Source: Anthoceros angustus (taxonomy: Eukaryota; Plantae; Anthocerotophyta). Taken from it: a DNA stretch of 64,000 nucleotides. Every line of letters begins with the position of its first letter. Position 1 is the first letter of the stretch. The translations under genes and the position numbers were made by a program. The stretch spans positions 434,001 through 498,000 of the forward strand of contig VJWM01000019.1 of NCBI GenBank assembly GCA_010909165.1, written 5' to 3'. This document shows, one piece after another, positions 1 to 13,554 of the stretch. The notes beneath the pieces were generated by a model. That model saw nothing but the letters and a program-made list of their open reading frames with translations. It was not told the origin of the DNA and ran no database searches.

Positions 1-1718
1 GAATCTGGGTACAAAGAGGCTATAACATCAGAGAAGTTCGAGGGGGTGAGCTTGAGGGAACTAGTCCTTGCAGTGCTTCTGCTTCTATTGCTAAATTCAT
101 CATTAACGGGCATGGCTTTCAAATCCAAGACGGAATTGTTCTCAACCTCATCTTCACCAAATATGGACAATGGGAGAGGTGCTGCACTGATTCCCAAAAC
201 CCCCTTCTTCAGGGTATCAGGCCCCACCTCCGCCTCCAGAGAGTTGAGATGAACTGTGTTTTGATCATCAGCAACAACTTCTGCAGTGCTACTTGACTGA
301 TCTTTACTGCTGGTCACTGCATTTCCTGGGGTCACTTGCTCTAAAACGACAGGTGAGCCATCAAGGTGTTGATTTCTGCCATCACTGCTATCGGATATGC
401 TGTTGCTTACAACATGTTGAATTGCAAAAAAATCAGTGCCTTTCAAATCTTCCATGCCAGAGATCTTTGATCCACTTCCTGAAGGAGGATCAGTGGTCTC
501 TGCGGCAACCCAATCCCACGTGTCTTCATCCTCCAAGTCCGAATTGATGGGATCCACCTGATTTTCTACCGCCAAAAATTCCAGAGTGCTCTCCTTACTA
601 TCTGGGTATGCCTTAAGATCTGCAACCGCCACTTCCTTGGGTTGGCCAGCCTCAAGACTCAGGGGATCCCAGAACATGGGTGCATCTGTGAAGAAGTTCA
701 GGGAGGGCATGGGATTGCTCTCATCTTGCAAACTGATATCACCTTCTTGAATAAGCGCATCAGTGAAGAAGTTCAGGGAGGGCAAGGGATTGCTCTTATC
801 TTGCAAGCTAATATCAGCTTTTTGAAAATTTTCACCAGGAACAGAGATTGAACTCCCACCTTGCTGGTTGCTGGATTCATGATCATCACTCTGACCGCTT
901 AGCACCTGATCAAAAGTGAAAGAGTCCTGAGCATTGTCGTTGAAGACACTTCCACTACCCCAGGTTGCAGATTCTTGTGGACTTGTTTGTGCGAGAGGTG
1001 CAACCGGCGCTACAAAGTCTCCCCACTCATCATCTGACAAGCCCTCACTCATTTGATCCAGCCCAGTTGAGATTTCCTCACGTGTGCTATCGGTTCCCAT
1101 GGACAACGTTCCAATAGACGCTGCCAGGTGTGTGGGATCAGGAAGGGCCATGTCATGACCAGACGTGGGCACGGATGTAAAGGCTGCTTGTGGCGCTTGG
1201 CCATGTTGTACCTGTTCAGACTGATATTGCAGACCAGCAGATACTGCCAGGCCATGCATCGGCAGCACCAACCTGCTGGAGTCTACAGCAGGCGAAAGAC
1301 CTGAAGAGCTTGAACTAGGCAAACGAGCAGGGACTGATTCGAAGTCCCCGAACTCAAAGTCGTCATCTGAGTCGCCTCCAAGTGTACTTGAGCCATTGCT
1401 ATAACCAGCATGCACAGCAGGTTTATGATTTACAGATTCCTCTGTTGTTTCCTTTCCATCCCCATAACCTCTGTTTGAGCTTGGAACTGTGCCAACAAAA
1501 AGATCATCTTCTTCCTCCCCGAAGAAGGAAAGTGGTAAAGGTCCTGCGGCCACTTTAGACACTGACACAGACTTATGCGCCGAGCCACCTACTTTTCCCA
1601 TATCAATCTGCGACATCCCGTTGCCAGAAACGTGACTGCTACCATTTGTCCCGTAAAGCAAACCATTCCCTCCGTTCCACTGCGCCATTGGCAGTGATAG
1701 TGCCTGGGGGAAATCCAT
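1..1718 (-). CDS. Large exon of an At1g54920-like acidic, low-complexity protein with WxxF-type motifs; continues beyond the window edge
   Basis: Manual translation of the minus strand is open from 1718 to base 1. It is missing from the ORF track because no stop falls inside the window. It contains GPLPLSFFGEEEDD (~1510-1555), APLPLSIFGEDE (~135-185), DDEWGDFV and DDDFEFGDFES. The PLPLSxFGEE motif recalls Arabidopsis At1g54920 (GPVPLSVFGEEE, from memory). Start codon uncertain (ATG at 1718 or 1688). Confidence 0.7.
   Translation of the reverse strand, partial: MDFPQALSLPMAQWNGGNGLLYGTNGSSHVSGNGMSQIDMGKVGGSAHKSVSVSKVAAGPLPLSFFGEEEDDLFVGTVPSSNRGYGDGKETTEESVNHKPAVHAGYSNGSSTLGGDSDDDFEFGDFESVPARLPSSSSSGLSPAVDSSRLVLPMHGLAVSAGLQYQSEQVQHGQAPQAAFTSVPTSGHDMALPDPTHLAASIGTLSMGTDSTREEISTGLDQMSEGLSDDEWGDFVAPVAPLAQTSPQESATWGSGSVFNDNAQDSFTFDQVLSGQSDDHESSNQQGGSSISVPGENFQKADISLQDKSNPLPSLNFFTDALIQEGDISLQDESNPMPSLNFFTDAPMFWDPLSLEAGQPKEVAVADLKAYPDSKESTLEFLAVENQVDPINSDLEDEDTWDWVAAETTDPPSGSGSKISGMEDLKGTDFFAIQHVVSNSISDSSDGRNQHLDGSPVVLEQVTPGNAVTSSKDQSSSTAEVVADDQNTVHLNSLEAEVGPDTLKKGVLGISAAPLPLSIFGEDEVENNSVLDLKAMPVNDEFSNRSRSTARTSSLKLTPSNFSDVIASLYPD
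682..818 (-). repeat. In-frame 75-bp (25-aa) tandem duplication inside the acidic protein exon
   Basis: gcatc(t/a)gtgaagaagttcagggagggca... occurs at 682 and 757 and encodes DISLQD(K/E)SNP(L/M)PSLNFFTDA twice. Confidence 0.9.
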
Positions 1719-2495
1719 ACATACTTTTATCAAGCCATTAAAGCCGCATGTATAGCCACCGAGCCATCCCGAGGGCCGAGGAAGCTCAAACCTTAACAGT
1801 TCTCCGGCGTATCAAATCGCATATGACGAGATCTCGGACCTGACTAACACCCTACGCCACTTCCTGCCTCCAATGCGGAATTCTCGTCAGCCAAAAGTTG
1901 CCCGGACCCAAGACGAAAGTCTGCATACTCCTCACATGACCAGGCATTACAGGCAGCATTTGCAGTAGGCAAATCCGAAGAGCAGGAGAAGAAGCTTTCC
2001 AGCAGGCGAAGGACAAAATCATCATGGCGAAGCCTGCAGTTCATCAAACAGCAGTGCTACACAACAGAAGTCCACCACAGACCCAACACCAAAATCAGGC
2101 ATCCTCCCTACCCGTCCACACGATGAACACAGCACTGCAGCAGCTGCGAAGGCCGTCCCAGCGACATACATGGACAGTAGTTCAATCAAACCCTCATGCA
2201 ATCACGGATGACAGCTCCAGTATTCAGCATCGGGTCAAACTGACCGATCTGACTCCACAAGATGCTCCTGCTCCCCCGCTCTGTCTGTGCGGTTCAGAAT
2301 CAGCAGATTCACAACAGGATTCAGCCAGATCATGGCGGGACTTGGGATTTTATGCCGGCACCGATCCGCGAGACGGAGAAGACGACTCCAGAGTCCAGAC
2401 AACGAGACACCCGCACGGGGGCACACCGAGTCTCAGTAACTGCGGTTCGAACCTCTAGTAGACAAGTGTGTCGTGTACATGGGCCTGATTTACAT

Positions 2496-5400
2496 CTACT
2501 TCAATTTTGCAACCTTGGCAGGCTCGGAAGAAGATGCAGTAGCAGCTTTCCTTTTATCGCAGCCATCGCTGGCAGTAGACTGCATCCTCTTGATCGAGTC
2601 CAGGAGAGAGGCAGATGGGCTGGGAGCAGCTACGGTGCCTTGCTTTGCAAACGGGTTGTTGGGTTTCCGGAACGGGTTCGATGATGCAGGTGCAGGGGTG
2701 GAAGAGGAGGCTGGTGAGGAAGATGGGGACGGTGTGGACGACGGGGCTGAAGTGGACGCAAGGTTACCCTCCCTCGACGTCGACGAGGCCACACCTAGGT
2801 TTGTGGATGGCACGCTTGGCAAGGGCCCAGATGTTGGGTTAGAGGGAGGTTTGGAGGACGAGGCTAACAGAGAAGAGGGGGGCTTAGACGTGGCTGGCGG
2901 TGCCAGGTCCAGAGCGGCTTTCAGGCCGAGCGAACCCTGATGCAGAGATGAGAAATGCGGAGGTCTGGATGCCGTCTGAGCGCTCCTATCAGCGTCTGCC
3001 ACTGCGCCATTCGAAGCCTCTGTCTTTTCCGTATCTAACCTTTCCTGGAACAATGACAAGAGGTTTAACAGGCGAGGCGGATTCCAAGGAGGTGAAGGTG
3101 TGGAGGATGACGTGAGTGAGTTACCTCTAGAATTTGTGAGAGCCGCTCAGCTAAAGCTGGTAGACGGAGTGCAGTTACGAGCTTCAAGGCGCCTTCCATT
3201 GATTTGTGCAATGACAGCATCGTCGCCAGTTCCAATGCCCTGGCCAGCTTGTCACCTGGAGAAATAGGAGGAGGGAGGAAGTCAGTCACATTCTGGCAGT
3301 TGGGAGCAGGCTATTATAGGATGACGGGTAAAGTTGCAGCACCTTTGCATGCGGCTGCAATCAGCCGCAAAATACACTTGTCGCGCTCTGCTTTCATCTT
3401 CAAGACCTTGTCTTCCAGTTCCTCGTCTTCTTCTCCAGTGGAGGCGGCCTCATCTGCTTCGACTCTTGCCTGGGGAGGGGTTTTAGAAACGGAAATCAGA
3501 CAATGGGTGACTATTGACAAGCTTCGACTGGCAATGGCAAGAAGGAAGGAGGCCTCGACTTTCGTCACCTGAGAGAGCAGCAATGTGCTGCGCAGATACT
3601 CATTCTCCAAGTTGTCGGCCCCCAGGTCTGAATGGACTAGTGGTATCGACAAGCTGAGCACGCTCAGGACCGGCCTGGGAGCAACCTGCGCGAAACCAGT
3701 CCATTTGAGTTGGGAAGGGAGGAGAGAAACAATGCTACGAGATGCTGCTGCTGACATGTTATGGCTTGTCGTCAATACCCGAGGCTCTGTTTCAGGCAAC
3801 TGGCAGATGACACAGAAGAGCTGGGTATCGTTTAGACCCACCATCCAGTAACTCTCGGCTCCACTCTTTCTTTCAACAACTGCACTGCAACACGGCCAAG
3901 CGACCTTAATAGGAGGTCAACAGTTGGCCCGCAAGTCTGCTCACGGCTTCTTGACAAAATAGAGATGCTACCTGAAGAGAGGTATCCAACAACCATCGAA
4001 ATCAGGTTTGTAAACACGAAGAATGCCCTGCCGTCGACAGTAGACGAAGCAAGTCAGGAAGGGAGCCGACTAGCACAGAGCTTCAAGTGAACTGGAGGCG
4101 GTGCACTTACTTGAGAGTCGAAGCAGCCAAGGTGGCCAGTTTCACTGAATCCAATCCAAGACAGAGTTGCACCAGAGCTCAGAGGCAGGCGACCAGCTAC
4201 GGTGCGTCTCTGCTCGTGCACGTCGTATACACTGAAGTGCATCACCTTCACACCCAGGAGCGCCGTCAGACAAGGGTGAGTATACACACGGCAATCTGAA
4301 CGCGAAGCATTCTTGTAGTGACATTACTTGATCACCAGACGAGAGAGGGCTTCCTCCATGAGTGACTACCGCCAGGAGTTGCTCGTGACCTGCCAGTGTC
4401 ACCACAGGACCTGACATCGACATCAAGAACCTCTGCAATGAAGAAAGATTAAACAGTTTCACAATCAGGAAACGTAGACAGACCCACAAGCGCCTGTCAC
4501 GATAATAGAGGTAGGTGACCGACCTGTAAGCCTGTCTCTGAGAAAATGCGAAGCATGTTCAGACTGGTTACAGCTGCAGCCCATCCACTACCGATGGCAA
4601 CAGCTTTCACCTCCTCGTCTTGTTGGAATCTCACCGACCACTGGATGCCCGAGCATGCCAATCTCAGATCCCATACAGGGGAGATGTGCTGAACTCAGAA
4701 GAGAAGCATGGTCCAGCAATCCGACCTCACTGTTATTCGCCCAGCAGTTGAAGGGCCGGTACATGAGCGTGCTGGGGTTCTTGTCTCCTTTCCTCGGGTT
4801 AGCCAAGACGCATCCCTTGCTGCACAGAGCCGCCATGGTGAAACCGAAGTAGTCCGTCATTGCTGGCACTCGGGTACCTGTGCTGGTGTCATGAAACTCA
4901 ACCTACAAACAAGATGCTCAACACCATCAGCTTCCCACATTCTCAAGACCGCAACATCCACAAGCAGGAACACTTGAAGCTGTCGCTCCCGTAGCTACCT
5001 CTATGTGAGAAAGCCCATCCTTCTCAAAGCTTGTAATGCTTCCCATCATGCTGTAGGCCAGAAACCTGCGCTTCCCAGGCACCTGCTTCGTAGCACCAGG
5101 CTGGAAGGGAGCCTGCATCGCGACCACATCCTCCTGCTGTGAAGCACGTCTCTTCGAACCCACAGCCACTTTCAACCCTTCAGGTGACGCAGGAGCAGAA
5201 ACTTCTTCAGCCTCAGCCTCAGCCTCCTTCTTGATCTTCCTCTTCAAAATCTTCCTCACCTGGAAGGAGGACTTGTCAGACCGACGACGAGGAAACTCAT
5301 CCTCGCTGTCACTGAGGCTGCCCTCCATCCCATTCCCACCACCATCACCATCCTCCTCCTCTCCCACAGCCTCATCATCATCCCCAAACTTAAGCAAGGC

Positions 5401-6498
5401 CTCCCTGTCCGCCATAGCCGAGCTCGGCACCAGGTCCGCCGTGGGCGACATCATATGCCCGGGAACAGCCCCATCCCAAACCCCATACTTCCCAGCCGTG
5501 TCGATCACAGCCAACGCATTCCCAGACGGCCTCCAAGCCAGTCCGCACACGGGGTGGTCGAACTTGAGCGAGTCCAAATCCTGCCGCTTCTCCACGTCCC
5601 AGAGCATCACCTTCCTGTCCTTCCCTGCGCTGGCCAGATACTTCCCGTTGGGCGACCAGGCCAGCACGGCCACATCCCCGGCATGCCCGCCCTTGAGCGA
5701 GCCGAGCCGCTGCGCCGTGTCCCGGTCGTAGAGCACCACGTCGGCCTTCCTCCCGGGCACGGCCAGCGTCCTCCCATCAGGATGCCACGCGATCTGATTC
5801 CTCCCAGGAAGGTTAGCATCCGAGTTGGGAGCTGCCCGGTCCAGCGTGTGCATCCGCTTGCCAGTCACAGCCCAGAAGATGACAGTCCCATCGCTGTCCG
5901 CGGACGCCATGTACTCGTTCTTGGGGTCGAAGGCCAGACCCAGCACAGGCGAGTCATGGCCCTTGAGCACCCGCACAATGGCGCAGTCCACGGTGCTGAT
6001 GAGCTTGATCCCATCATCGTCCCCCGCCGCCGCCAGCAGGCCCCCCGTGCTGCTGAAGGCCACCGCCCGCGTCGGGAGCGTGAACCTCGTCACATTGCTC
6101 TGGAACTTGATCCCTTCCCAATGCCACCACCCCACAAAGCCTCTCAGCACCCACGAAGCAAGCAGGCAAGCAGGCAAGGAGGCAATTGCGAGAATTGGGC
6201 TCGCCCAGGCTGAGGATCACTCACCGGGGTAGCTGTAGAGCTTGACGGCGTGGTCCAGGGAGGCTGTTGCCACAAAGTTCCCCAAGGGGCTGATGGCCAG
6301 GGCGGTGATGGCGGCCGTGTGATCGTGCTGCGCCTTGGGTGCGGAAGCCGATCCGGAGGTGGTGGAGCAGTCGTGAGTGAGGATGCGGCCATCCGGGCCG
6401 GCGGTGAGCAAATGCTGGCTTGATGCATCCCACACGATGCAGGAGACGCCCTCTCCGGAGTGAGCTTCCTTGAGCGGCAGCTTGCTCACGCCCACCAT
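2496..6498 (-). CDS. WDHD1: WD repeat and HMG-box DNA-binding protein 1 / AND-1 / Ctf4 homolog (multi-exon)
   Basis: N-terminal WD40 repeats (HTAAITALAISP, GHDSPVLGLAFDP, WSPNGKYLASAGKDRKVMLWD). FQPGAT...RRFLAY precedes the SepB domain (LMYRPFNCWANNSEW-like segment). Helical LARALELATMLSLHKSMEGALKLVTALRLPALAERL segment and NPF-rich tail. ATG at 6496-6498, donor at 6224, stop at 2496-2498. Confidence 0.93.
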
Positions 6499-8950
6499 TG
6501 CGGCCCGTTGCTTCCACGCAGTCCTCAGGCCCCTCTAACACCCCAAAACCAATCCCGATCGCGCGGGAAACCCATTGCCTTTTCTTGCATTACAAAACTC
6601 GTACCCTCTATAGGTTTTTTCATCACCACCGATTCCAAAATGAACCGTCGCACTGGGAAAAAATAATCTTCTAAATTTTCCGACCTCCTCCTGATTGTAA
6701 ACTTAGAACGACAGCACCTGCACCTGTTTTTCGGTAACGTTACCAAGGTTCACATGGAATGGTAAGAAAAAGCACAACCACTTCATAAATTTTTCAGTTA
6801 GACTTTGGAATATGGTGTCAAAGACTCAATTTAAGTAGGTTGGGGGTTCCAGGATTAATACTTTCAGATGGATGCACGGTTTGGTAGACCACATTTTGTC
6901 AAAAAGTGAAAATGGACTACCTATATATACACCATTATTTTGTATACTTTATTTTGTTGATTTCGTATTATATGCTTATGTATTGTTCGGAAAGTCATGT
7001 ACTTACGAATTGCTTGGACCGGAAGGTGACAAGCCTCATAGCCTCCCACCTTCACACCCCACAACACTTACGTTTGATTTGGCGCAATCGCTACACTGGA
7101 ACTCGTGGTTTTTTAAAAGGTCTAGTGTGTTTGTTGGGAGGATAGAAGGGACACCGTGAGCAATGAGGTTGCCAAGGCTGGAGGAGAGGCATGAGTAGAA
7201 GATGGAAAGGAGCTTGAGCGAGGTTGCTTCCTCAGAATCGAGCATAAACTGCCCACTGAGGAGGTAGGATTCAAGGAGCTCAAGGCTAGGTACCAAGTTT
7301 TTTTTTGGCTTGTTGATATTGCTGATACCATGTTAATTGGGGAAGCCTAGGGGGTAGAGAAATGGAGCTGGGAGCTCTGCTGAGCCTGGAGCTAGTCGTG
7401 CACTGGGCTGAGGGTGAGAAGCCCGTCTCACGCTTGGATAACCAACTGGTTGAGCCGAGCTCAGCTCTAGACGACATCCATTGCTCAGCTTGTGATGGGA
7501 GCTAGCGCTTGGCATAGGTGATAAATTCTGCTCATGGAGTATGTTTTTTGACCTAATGGCGAGTACCAGCAGAATAGGGTATAGAGCAATGAAATTGACA
7601 GAGACTAGTGTACTCAAAGCTACAGCTCGTGGACAAAAGGCTCCTCAATTGCTGTCGTGTTGACCGCTTGTGGGCACTACTGTGGGGTTGCTTCTAGTAC
7701 TACTAGTTCCATTAGAGGCTGGGGCAAGGCAAAAATTTGAGGGAGTTGCTGAGACAAGCTAGCTTAAATTGCAACAACTGGTACAATTAATATAACACAC
7801 AACACTGCATGTGCTAATCCATGTTACTACACATTTCCAACAAATAAAGTATGTGGTTAGTGAATTGTTAACACATTTGGTAAAACAAAAAGGCTACCAA
7901 CCACTCACTTAAAGCTTGAGTGAGCAATCTCATAAATTAAAGGGAACGAGGTTAGTTCGTTCTTCTCCTCTAGACCACATAAGCACTAATCAGGCTTCCA
8001 AGAGGTGCCTAATGTTACATCTTGTGGGAAATGCACAGTTCTATTGTAGTTTTTTGATAACGCTATAGTCATTTGAAATAATGTAGTAGAATGATGTGGG
8101 TTGTTTAGATCCTATTTCGATAATAGTTGGTTACATAATCATTATATGATGCGTTGGGCAATACGTCAATAATCTATGGGCTCCAAAGACAACAATGAGA
8201 AATTTCTATATGAAATCTAAAACAATCACCTTGCATATTAGCTTGTACTCCAGCGATGCTCCAAATAACTTCGTTTTTAGTCCACATCCATTCTAACTAT
8301 CAGCTTGGTAGTCATTCATTACCAGGGTTCAGGAAGCCGTGACATAATGCACAGCACGTCGCTGGAAAACAATGTTCAATCGAAACGAGGAGGGAGAAAA
8401 TGCATAACTTTCTCCTATTTGTATATTTTGTGATATTCTCGGCTGCTAGTAAGGAAATTATGTGATTTTGATTACCTATCGAACAACTTTTCTATTGTGA
8501 ATTACAACGATTCTGAAATTTTGTTTTTTTTAACTTTGTTAATATAGACGATCTTTAAAAACTGTGGATGTTCTTGATCCATTGGTTAATATTACATTCG
8601 AATGCGACAGGAAGTCTTAGGCTCCCAATGACTACGTAGCAAAAACTTTGATTTTCTATTTAATGAAATCTGATCTCATTTTTACACTATATATGTAAGT
8701 AATGTTCTAACTTTTTGCAATTCGTTTTCAAACTCTAGTCAATATCAAAAAAATTTCAGAAATGTAGGAGATTAGAGGTAGAAGCAGGTTAATGCCTAAG
8801 GCACTACTAGTAAGGAGTAGGGCATCAATTTGCGGGTACTACCTGAAGTTGCTTTTGATTACTTATTGAACAACTTTCTGTTACTGAGGTAAGATTCAAA
8901 CGTGTAGTTTTTTATGCTTAGTAATAATTGTTCGTAGCCCTACGGCCAAC

Positions 8951-9148
8951 AATGCTCCTAGGAACACTGGAACTCATCATGATTGGCAGGTTGCTTCCCA
9001 AAACACTATGCATTCTTTACCATTCCCAAGGCTTAAACAGCCCAATTGTAATGCTCCTAGGAACACTGGAACTCATCGTGATTGGCAGGTTGCTTCCCAA
9101 AACACTATGCATTCTTTACCATTCCCAAGGCTTAAACAGCCCAATTGT
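8951..9148. repeat. 99-bp tandem duplication
   Basis: aatgctcctaggaacactggaactcatc...cccaattgt at 8951 and 9050, nearly identical. Confidence 0.92.
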
Positions 9149-9193
9149 GCCTGATGCAGCCAGATATGTATTCTAATCATTGCCTCGACGCTG

Positions 9194-9895
9194 GAGTAGT
9201 AAGATGCTATTCATTCAAAAAATTCCAACTCGCCCTAATTGAGGCAAAGGAGGTTTGTGAAGCTGACCACATCGGGACAGCGGGGCTGCAACCCCAACCG
9301 ATGTGGTCATGCGTGACATACCAAAATAGTTCTGCCATATGCGGCGGGACTATTTCCACAACCCTAAAAAAATGTAGATGCCATGTGACCAGATCGGTAT
9401 TACACCCTTCCTATGCATTCTACTTAGACGTTTCATATGCATTCTACTTTGCTTTTTACGTATTGTATTTATACTATTCATAAGTATTCTATTTACCTAT
9501 TTTGTACATATTCTATTTATACACTTAACACGCTTTTTACATAATATACTTACACCGTTCATAAGTATTTTATTTGCGTACTTTGTATGTATTCTATTTA
9601 CACACTTAACATACGTGGTGTAGAGCGTCGAAACCCGATCAACGCGGTGTAAAACGAAAGCTACACGCTGGTATTCTATTTACACACTTAACACTTAACA
9701 CGCTTTTTACATAATGTACTTACACCGTTCATAAGTATTCTATTTGTGTACTTTGTACGTATTGTATTTACACACTTAACATACGTGGTGTAGAGCGTCG
9801 AAACCCGATCAATGCGGTAGAGCTAGAGTAGTAAGATGCTATTCATTCAAAAAAACTTCAACTCGCCCTAATTCAGGCAAAGGAGGTTTGTGAAG
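9194..9895. repeat. ~70-bp direct repeats flanking ~560 bp that contains a hairpin and a 170-bp-period duplication
   Basis: gagtagtaagatgctattcattcaaaaaa...ggaggtttgtgaag at 9194-9262 and 9826-9895. Hairpin arms at 9264-9275 and 9298-9309. tacaccgttcataagtatt...gaaacccgatcaa at 9551 and 9721. Confidence 0.8.
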
Positions 9896-10183
9896 TTCTA
9901 AGTCCTCAAAATGAGCATTAGTTGTGATGCCTTTCACTCTAGCTCATCCTCAGTTTCACATGCTCCTTGTCTCTCACTTGTGAAAATAATGTCTGGAGGT
10001 CATATGGCACCCAGACCGCCAGTGAAATCATCTAAAGAACAAACTAGCTTAGTAGCGTTCTAGAATTCTTCTAGCAAACGAAAGAAGGAGCACTTCGACT
10101 TAAGCAAACAACGAGTATTTTATCCTAAGGCAGACACTCATGACAAAATTCAATCGTCCACTCAGTGACAGTCACTCATCCTC

Positions 10184-10348
10184 TAATCTTATCTAGACAC
10201 ACGTATCTTGATTCAACCTTGTGCTGCGTGTAGGTCGTTATAGAAGCATCTAGGTTTTATGAGATCTCTCACACATGTCAGATGCCTTACATAATCTTAT
10301 CTAGACACATGTATCTTGATTCAACCTTGTGCTGCGTGTAGGTCGTTA
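10184..10348. repeat. 57-bp direct repeat (108-bp offset)
   Basis: taatcttatctagacac(a)(c/t)gtatcttgattcaaccttgtgctgcgtgtaggtcgtta at 10184 and 10292. Confidence 0.88.
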
Positions 10349-10765
10349 AATGGGAGCATACAAACATTCAAGTAGCCGGATCAGGCAAAAAACGTCTTGA
10401 GATAATGCAAATATTTAGAACTTAGGGCATGATATCAAATAAAGTTATAACTCGTGCTTTGTTATGAAGGCATCTTTTCATATCAATTTTGTTGCCCGTT
10501 ATATACATACCATCCTTATCATTAGTTTTGAAATATACCCTGTGTCTCTAGGAACTATCCGGTTATTGTTGATTATCATGCACCTCCTTCATGAGCTTCA
10601 ACCTCACACTCTTATCTTTCCTTGACGTATCCAAGACCCCTTGTAGTTGCATCGGATTAGGGATGCCTTCGACATTACCTCGCCCTTTCTGGAGAGCCAC
10701 GTCCTTTGTTTAACGTTAGACAAACACTTTGTACAAGCAGGGGATCGGATTCAAAAGTTATTTAG

Positions 10766-11082
10766 TGTTGTACAAGAATATTACAAATATACGAATGTAG
10801 ATCTGTACAACAATAGATTACTGGGTATATGCACAAATGGGTACACTACTTACGCGTAGAAAGTAAAGTGACCCTAATGTAAGTAATGGGTGGCTATAAA
10901 AAGGGTTTTTTTCCAATGTAATTCACATAGATGCCCTAAGATGTCTAAAATGTGGGTGTGACAAATAGAGTCACAGCCACATTCACTCCTTCACTCGATC
11001 ATTCAGGGAGCCGGGCTGGGGTTGCTTAACTGGACTTGGAGTTGGATCTTGTGCAACTTTGAGGTGAAGTCCATCTACAACA
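10766..11082 (+). mobile_element. Possible solo-LTR-like remnant
   Basis: 317 bp starting TGTTGTA and ending TACAACA (7-bp inverted termini), with an internal ctataaaaggg. No target-site duplication or PBS is visible. Confidence 0.25.
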
Positions 11083-11298
11083 CATCAAGCGCTTAGACTC
11101 CAACATATGCCACACACTATTTTCAGGGACCTCTAGTTACCTTTAGGAAGGTTCGGCCATGGTATGAAACTATGTTGGAGCCTGTTTCTGGTGAGCATGT
11201 ACGTCGCCTTCGAATGACAACAACATAAAGTTTGCTCAAACTCTTGTGATAAGTAGGATCGTTCCCAACCCAAGCTGCTCGGGCTCATGCACGACGCC

Positions 11299-11478
11299 AT
11301 GGTCTCATCCACATCAGTAAAAGTTGTAGTAAGCTTGAGTAGCAGAAAATTTATATGGTCTCATCCACATCAGTAAAAGTTGTAGTAAGCTTGAGTAGCA
11401 GAATGAGTAGCAGAAAATTTATATGGTCTCATCCACATCAGTAAAAGTTGTAGTAAGCTTGAGTAGCAGAAAATTTAT
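11299..11478. repeat. 56-bp tandem repeat, 3 copies
   Basis: atggtctcatccacatcagtaaaagttgtagtaagcttgagtagcagaaaatttat at 11299, 11355 and 11423, with a 12-bp duplication before the third copy. Confidence 0.92.
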
Positions 11479-12070
11479 CAGAGACCATGAAACAGCTACT
11501 AATTGTGAAGATGAGCACTCCCTCAGATTCTTTTCCTATAATTCATTTTCATTAAAAATACTCCATCACAGAAAATAGCTGAAATCCCGAGTAAGCCGTA
11601 CCGGGGTTAAGCAGCATGGAGTATAGACGATAATAATCCGACCGAAACCCGGCCACCTTGTCATGGCGTCTCTGGTAGGCTTCTACAAACAAGAGCTGCT
11701 TGCACGAAAATCACGAGCAGATGACGTGGTTGAGGGACATCCACAGAGGGTTTGCATTGCATGGCACTTGGAAGCAGAGAATCAAACTTCATTTCCATAT
11801 AGTTTTCTTCTGCAGGCGGACGAGAAGGGACATAGTGGAGGTACCGAAAGTGGTCCGATATTTTTGTGCAGCCGATATTTGAGCAGACGCATCTCTGAGA
11901 TACTGACTTCCAGACTTCCAGGACAAAAAGTGCAAATGCGTTCTCTGTGGAAAAGATTTGTTTATCACAAGAATGGGCAGCTTTCTTACGACAGCTGCTA
12001 CACACTTTTCATCAGGCTTTTGCTGCCGACAGTAACGTAGCCACGTGTCGCCTCTCCGCGGCAAGCCTTG

Positions 12071-13408
<1,338 letters not shown>

Positions 13409-13464
13409 CGCTGAACCCACCATCTGAGCACCCACAAACCCACCTCCGATCAGCCTTGTTCAAA

Positions 13465-13554
13465 CAACCCACCAGCGCATTCCCGCAACCCACCACCGCA
13501 TTCACACAACCCACCACCGCATTCTCACAACCCACCACCGCATTCTCACAACCC
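13465..13554. repeat. 21-bp tandem repeat (~4 copies) just upstream of the peroxidase ATG
   Basis: caacccaccaccgcattc(t/a)ca repeated. One copy of its reverse complement lies upstream of the paralogous pseudogene (~30332-30352). Confidence 0.88.

Noticed and set aside
5231-6232. Plus-strand ORFs opposite WDHD1
   Set aside because: Antisense shadows of a GC-rich exon.
7036-7617. Short minus-strand ORFs upstream of WDHD1
   Set aside because: No family signal; probably degenerate repeat DNA.
11661-12040. Overlapping ~120-aa ORFs downstream of the peroxidase
   Set aside because: No recognisable motif or splice context; cannot be called a gene or a transposase.
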